Notes under the pieces: model-generated
Told to the model about the DNA's origin: nothing
The model's database searches: none
The model's input: the letters and a program-made list of their open reading frames with translations, nothing else
Shown: one piece after another, positions 35,090 through 38,508 of the stretch
How positions within the stretch are numbered: position 1 is the first letter of the stretch
Layout of the letters: every line of letters begins with the position of its first letter
Made by a program: the position numbers and the translations under genes
Assembly: GCA_048213135.1 (NCBI GenBank)
Contig: PS015105.1
Location: 113,076-151,583, forward strand
Length of the DNA: 38,508 bases
From: Reclinomonas americana ATCC 50394
Lineage: Eukaryota
Direction: 5' to 3'

Positions 35090-38000
35090 TTACGGGGCAC
35101 TCTTGTCCTTGGTGGCGCTGCGTCGCGCTTTCCTCCGCACGGCCTTGGCATTCGGCTGGCCCTCGGACGACAGCGGGATTTCCGAGGTCTTGGATTGCTG
35201 ACCCAGAGCGTCGACGACGACCTGCTCGGTGCCGTCAGCGGTCCGTGGTCGCCCGTCGTCGACGTGCTTCTCGGTCGACGAAGGCGGGGGAGGCGGAAGC
35301 TTGGTGCCGGATCGTTTCGGGTAGAAACGGCTCATGCGCGCATCATCGCTGCCGGCGGCGTTCTTGGCGTCGGACTTGGACGTCGAGGCGGAGGTCGATC
35401 GTTTCGCCGCCAGCGCCGTATTGCCCTGGCCATGGTGGTGGTGTGCACGTGAGCCGGTGGGCACGGGATCGTGTGGCGGCAGCGACAAGACGCTGCGAAC
35501 AAAGTTGTCGATCTGTCGCAGAGTGTGACTGCCGCGAAAGACGTGTCGACCGAGAGCGGCGTCAGTGCCCCCGATCGATGTCTGCGGCGAGCTGTCGACG
35601 GTGGTCACCGCGCGATTGGTGAAGGCCACCACGGCTGGCACGCCGTCCTTGATCTAACGCACACGCAAAAGAGAGTGAGGGTGAGGGGCGAGTTCTGTGC
35701 GAGGGGTACACCACACAGTACGCACCAGCAACTCCACATCGGCGGGAATGTCGTTGCGCCACACATCAATGGCGCAAAACGAGGCATCGGGTCGGTCCGT
35801 ATACAGTGCCGACGCGTTCTCGTACACCGGCAAGAATCGCTGGCAGTACACGCACCCTGGCGCGCGCACCAACCACGAGTCAGCACCAACGGCAAGCAAA
35901 GGCACAGCGTGCGACGCCACACGCAACCGGTGGACTGGAAGAGCACAAAGAGCGTATGCGGTGTCGACTGCTGCTGGATATTGGTGATTCGCTGCACCAG
36001 CGAGTACGCTGTGAGTGCTCGAACCGAGCCGTTGAACCCCGACACTGTGTGCATGCATGACAAATGTAAGCGACTCTGCGCAACACCACACGCTGCCGAC
36101 AGACAATGGCGCACATTGATCGTCCGACTGCGACACCAGCGTACGCTGCGACGTTGGCGACGGTGCCGTGAGGTACGACCGCAGATGCTTCAGCGTGTGT
36201 GTCATTGGCGGATCCAGCGTCACGGCGTTGAACGCAAAGTGTTCCTCCTGTGCATGTGTACACGTAAAGAAAACATGAGAACGCCGACCAGCGTCACGCC
36301 CCATCGATGTTCCGCATCGAACCTTGTAGAGATCGAGAATGACCACTCCAGGCGCCTCGTGAACACCGAAACGGTTGGCCAGGTCGCGGTACTTGTGCAT
36401 GTCGGCGTACATGAACGAGAAAATGTCACGGAAGCTGCCGGCCAGGTCCGCCAGCCAGTGCACGACGTGGGGGAACGGGCAACTCGATTCTATCACGTGT
36501 GTGCGCACACAGAGGCGTTCAGTAGAGCGACAGACTGGTGGATGCACTGCATGGCAGAGGCTGACCTCCACAGCCGGTGTGCGGATCGTCAAAGTCGAAA
36601 AACAGAATCACCGACGGGATGAGGGTCCCATCTGACATGGTGCTCTGCAGCAGCTTTTGTGTCTTGGGAGTCAACTCAGCCTGCGATAGGCGGAGTAGGG
36701 ATTGAGTGGACCAAAATAGGAGGGTGGAGGAGGAAAAGGGGTCAAAGAGCGTGCGCGTGACACGCAACTGCCAGCGGCGCGGCGGCTGCAGATACGCGAT
36801 CAATGACTTCCGCCACACTGATCTCATCCACGTCCTCGAACACAATCGACACCGCTTCCTGCAGACCCCACTTGCGCACGACAAGGCGACACTTTTCTGC
36901 CGAGTTGGCAAACGCCGGCAGCACCCTATACGACAATGACAACAATGTTGAGTCACGCAGCATCAACATCATCATCCTCATCGCTGTTGCACGAAACTGT
37001 TCGGCGAGTGTGCCGTTGGTGATGCGACTGAACTCAATATTTGCATCCGCAAAGGCTAGCGCCATGGCAGCGCGCTCGGTCATCATGTCGACTGTCGCCA
37101 ACAAAGAAGAGAGAGTCAACGCAGAGCATACACAACTATCGACAGGAATGCATCGCAACATGATTCGTGCACACACGGCGGCAGAACGACCAGCGACGAT
37201 CGCGCACTCATGAGCAGCTCAAAGTTATCTACCGACTCGATCGGGATGAGCACGGTGGGGCGAATGAAGCGATCGACAAACTCGACAATCGGATCCACAC
37301 GACGAGGTCCCTGCATTTTTCCCGCATCAGTCAGTCAGCGAGTGGCGACCACAGCGCGTGTGAACAGCAACACGCAACCTCGTAGGCATGAATAAACTGT
37401 CGCTCTCTGCAAGGAGGGGCGATGAGAATGCATGCACACGTGCACAAGAACGGTGCCGGCGACGACAACGAACTTGAAGAGCGCCAAGGTCGGCGAAAAG
37501 TTGACACGTGTCGAGCTCTTGAAGTTGTTATCCAGCGCTCCCAGCTCCACGTGCAACAGCGGAACACTGATGCGCCCAAGCTGCACCTCCAGATCGCCAA
37601 ACACCTCGCGCCACAGCTTGTAATACATGTAGTCCCCTGCACACAACCAATCAGCAGAGACGGCACAGGGTTGTACAGTGGTGCAGCACGCAACAGGGCG
37701 TAAAGATGACCACCAGCGCCGCCTTTTCTGCCGGCAGCGCAGCGATCCAGTCGGTGCCGTTCTTGGTGTCGATCACCAGCGGCTGATACGACGAGCCAAT
37801 CACCAAGTCGCAAACAAAGAACTGCTCCTCGCACACCTCAATGCGACGAATCGGTGGTACGCGCGAGGTTGGTGGTGGAGGAGGTGGAGGAGGTGGAGGT
37901 GGAGGAGGTGGAGGAGGAGGAGGTGGAGGCGGCTCGACTTCCGGTGTCTTCCCCTCGGCAACAAAGATTACTTGCGAATCGATAATCGCGCCACTTGCAT

Positions 38001-38250
38001 CGGTGGTGACCACGGTCACTGGCACATCGCTGGTCAACGAGCTTAGCTGTGTCTCCGTCGATGCTTCTGTCACGCACACACGTGGGAGGTGAGTGCAAGA
38101 GAATGCGGAGAACCAGAGGGAGAAAAGCGCGCGCAAACCGATTTCCTGCGACGCAAATGCCTCGTTCTCGGCGGTGGCGAGGATGGCGAACAGGGCGCTC
38201 GCTATTCCCACGAGGAGGAGGAGGAAGCGAAGAAGGCGCACGCTTTGCAT
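35090..38250 (-). CDS. Secretory multi-thioredoxin-domain (PDI-like) protein, about 12 introns
   Basis: Signal peptide MQSVRLLRFLLLLVGIASALFA and a poly-Pro stretch. Trx-fold a domain: VIFTPWDYMY..SPTLALFK..YEGPRRVDPIVEFV. b'-like region: PLAAELTP..ANRFGV. a' domain: LFQSTGCVYCQRFLPVY..IDVWRND..VPAVVAF. Confidence 0.8.
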
Positions 38251-38508
38251 GCGCGCAGAGTGATTCGATCGTCTGCTCCGATGGACGAAAAGCAGCAATC
38301 ACTCATCGCATCACAATGGCCAGCAGCCGAGTTGCGTCTCCTCTCTTGTCTCTTTCTCGTCTCTCTCTCCGTGTGTGTGCGTCTGTGTGCGCGCATGTGC
38401 TGGGAGTCGTGAGGCCACGGAAGAACACGCGTGTATATGTGTCTGCGCAAGTGGTAAATGTCCATGCTCACCAACCTCCCACTCTCACTCTCTCTCTCCC
38501 CGCACACA

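Noticed and set aside
596-37694. Non-canonical TT-AG introns (reading G|TTGCG with G kept in the exon)
   Set aside because: Keeping the G breaks the frame in motif-anchored cases: the kinase at 596 gives an immediate TGA and PP2C at 29882 frameshifts. The cut is at GT; only the downstream consensus is shifted.
1-38508. Alternative genetic code or selenocysteine readthrough
   Set aside because: In-frame stops disappear once introns are removed. TGA, TAA and TAG all occur as genuine terminators, and the tRNA is an ordinary Ser(CGA).
1-38508. Most ORFs in the six-frame track, including long ones spanning N runs
   Set aside because: They are shadow frames of GC-rich exons, intron read-through or gap artefacts.
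1-38508. Introner-type mobile introns or transposons
   Set aside because: Introns share only splice signals and microsatellite texture. I saw no extended inter-intron similarity, terminal inverted repeats, or transposase/RT motifs by eye; an all-versus-all alignment would be needed to exclude them fully.

Overview
Gene-dense, intron-rich eukaryotic nuclear DNA, probably from a protist; the organism cannot be identified from sequence alone. It is GC-rich, with roughly 120-130 spliceosomal GT-AG introns by hand count, mostly 55-95 nt, and three N-gaps. Manual splicing gives about 15 protein genes plus one tRNA-Ser(CGA). In order: STE11/MEKK-type kinase, bacterial-type TsaE ATPase, METTL21-like lysine methyltransferase, an unknown coiled-coil/Pro-rich protein, tandem DsbA/HCCA-isomerase (GST-kappa-like), acylated thioredoxin, F-box/LRR protein, SV2-like MFS transporter, tRNA-Ser, Rab GTPase, CCT8, Sen15-like protein, RNI-type LRR protein, PP2C, membrane pepsin-PSI protease, polyprenol reductase and a PDI-like protein. 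The strongest unexplained signal is in the splice sites. About 34 introns (roughly a quarter) use a donor GTT(G/T/A)(C/A/T)G, which is the local consensus shifted by one base, and they nearly always follow an exon that does not end in G. Such sites are a rare exception in mammals but look like a major second class here. Other notable items are an intronised TsaE, a probable bacterial-derived tandem DsbA gene, a pepsin-PSI-TM protein with seven PPxY motifs, and extremely short intergenic spacers. All gene models are manual and lack transcript support.
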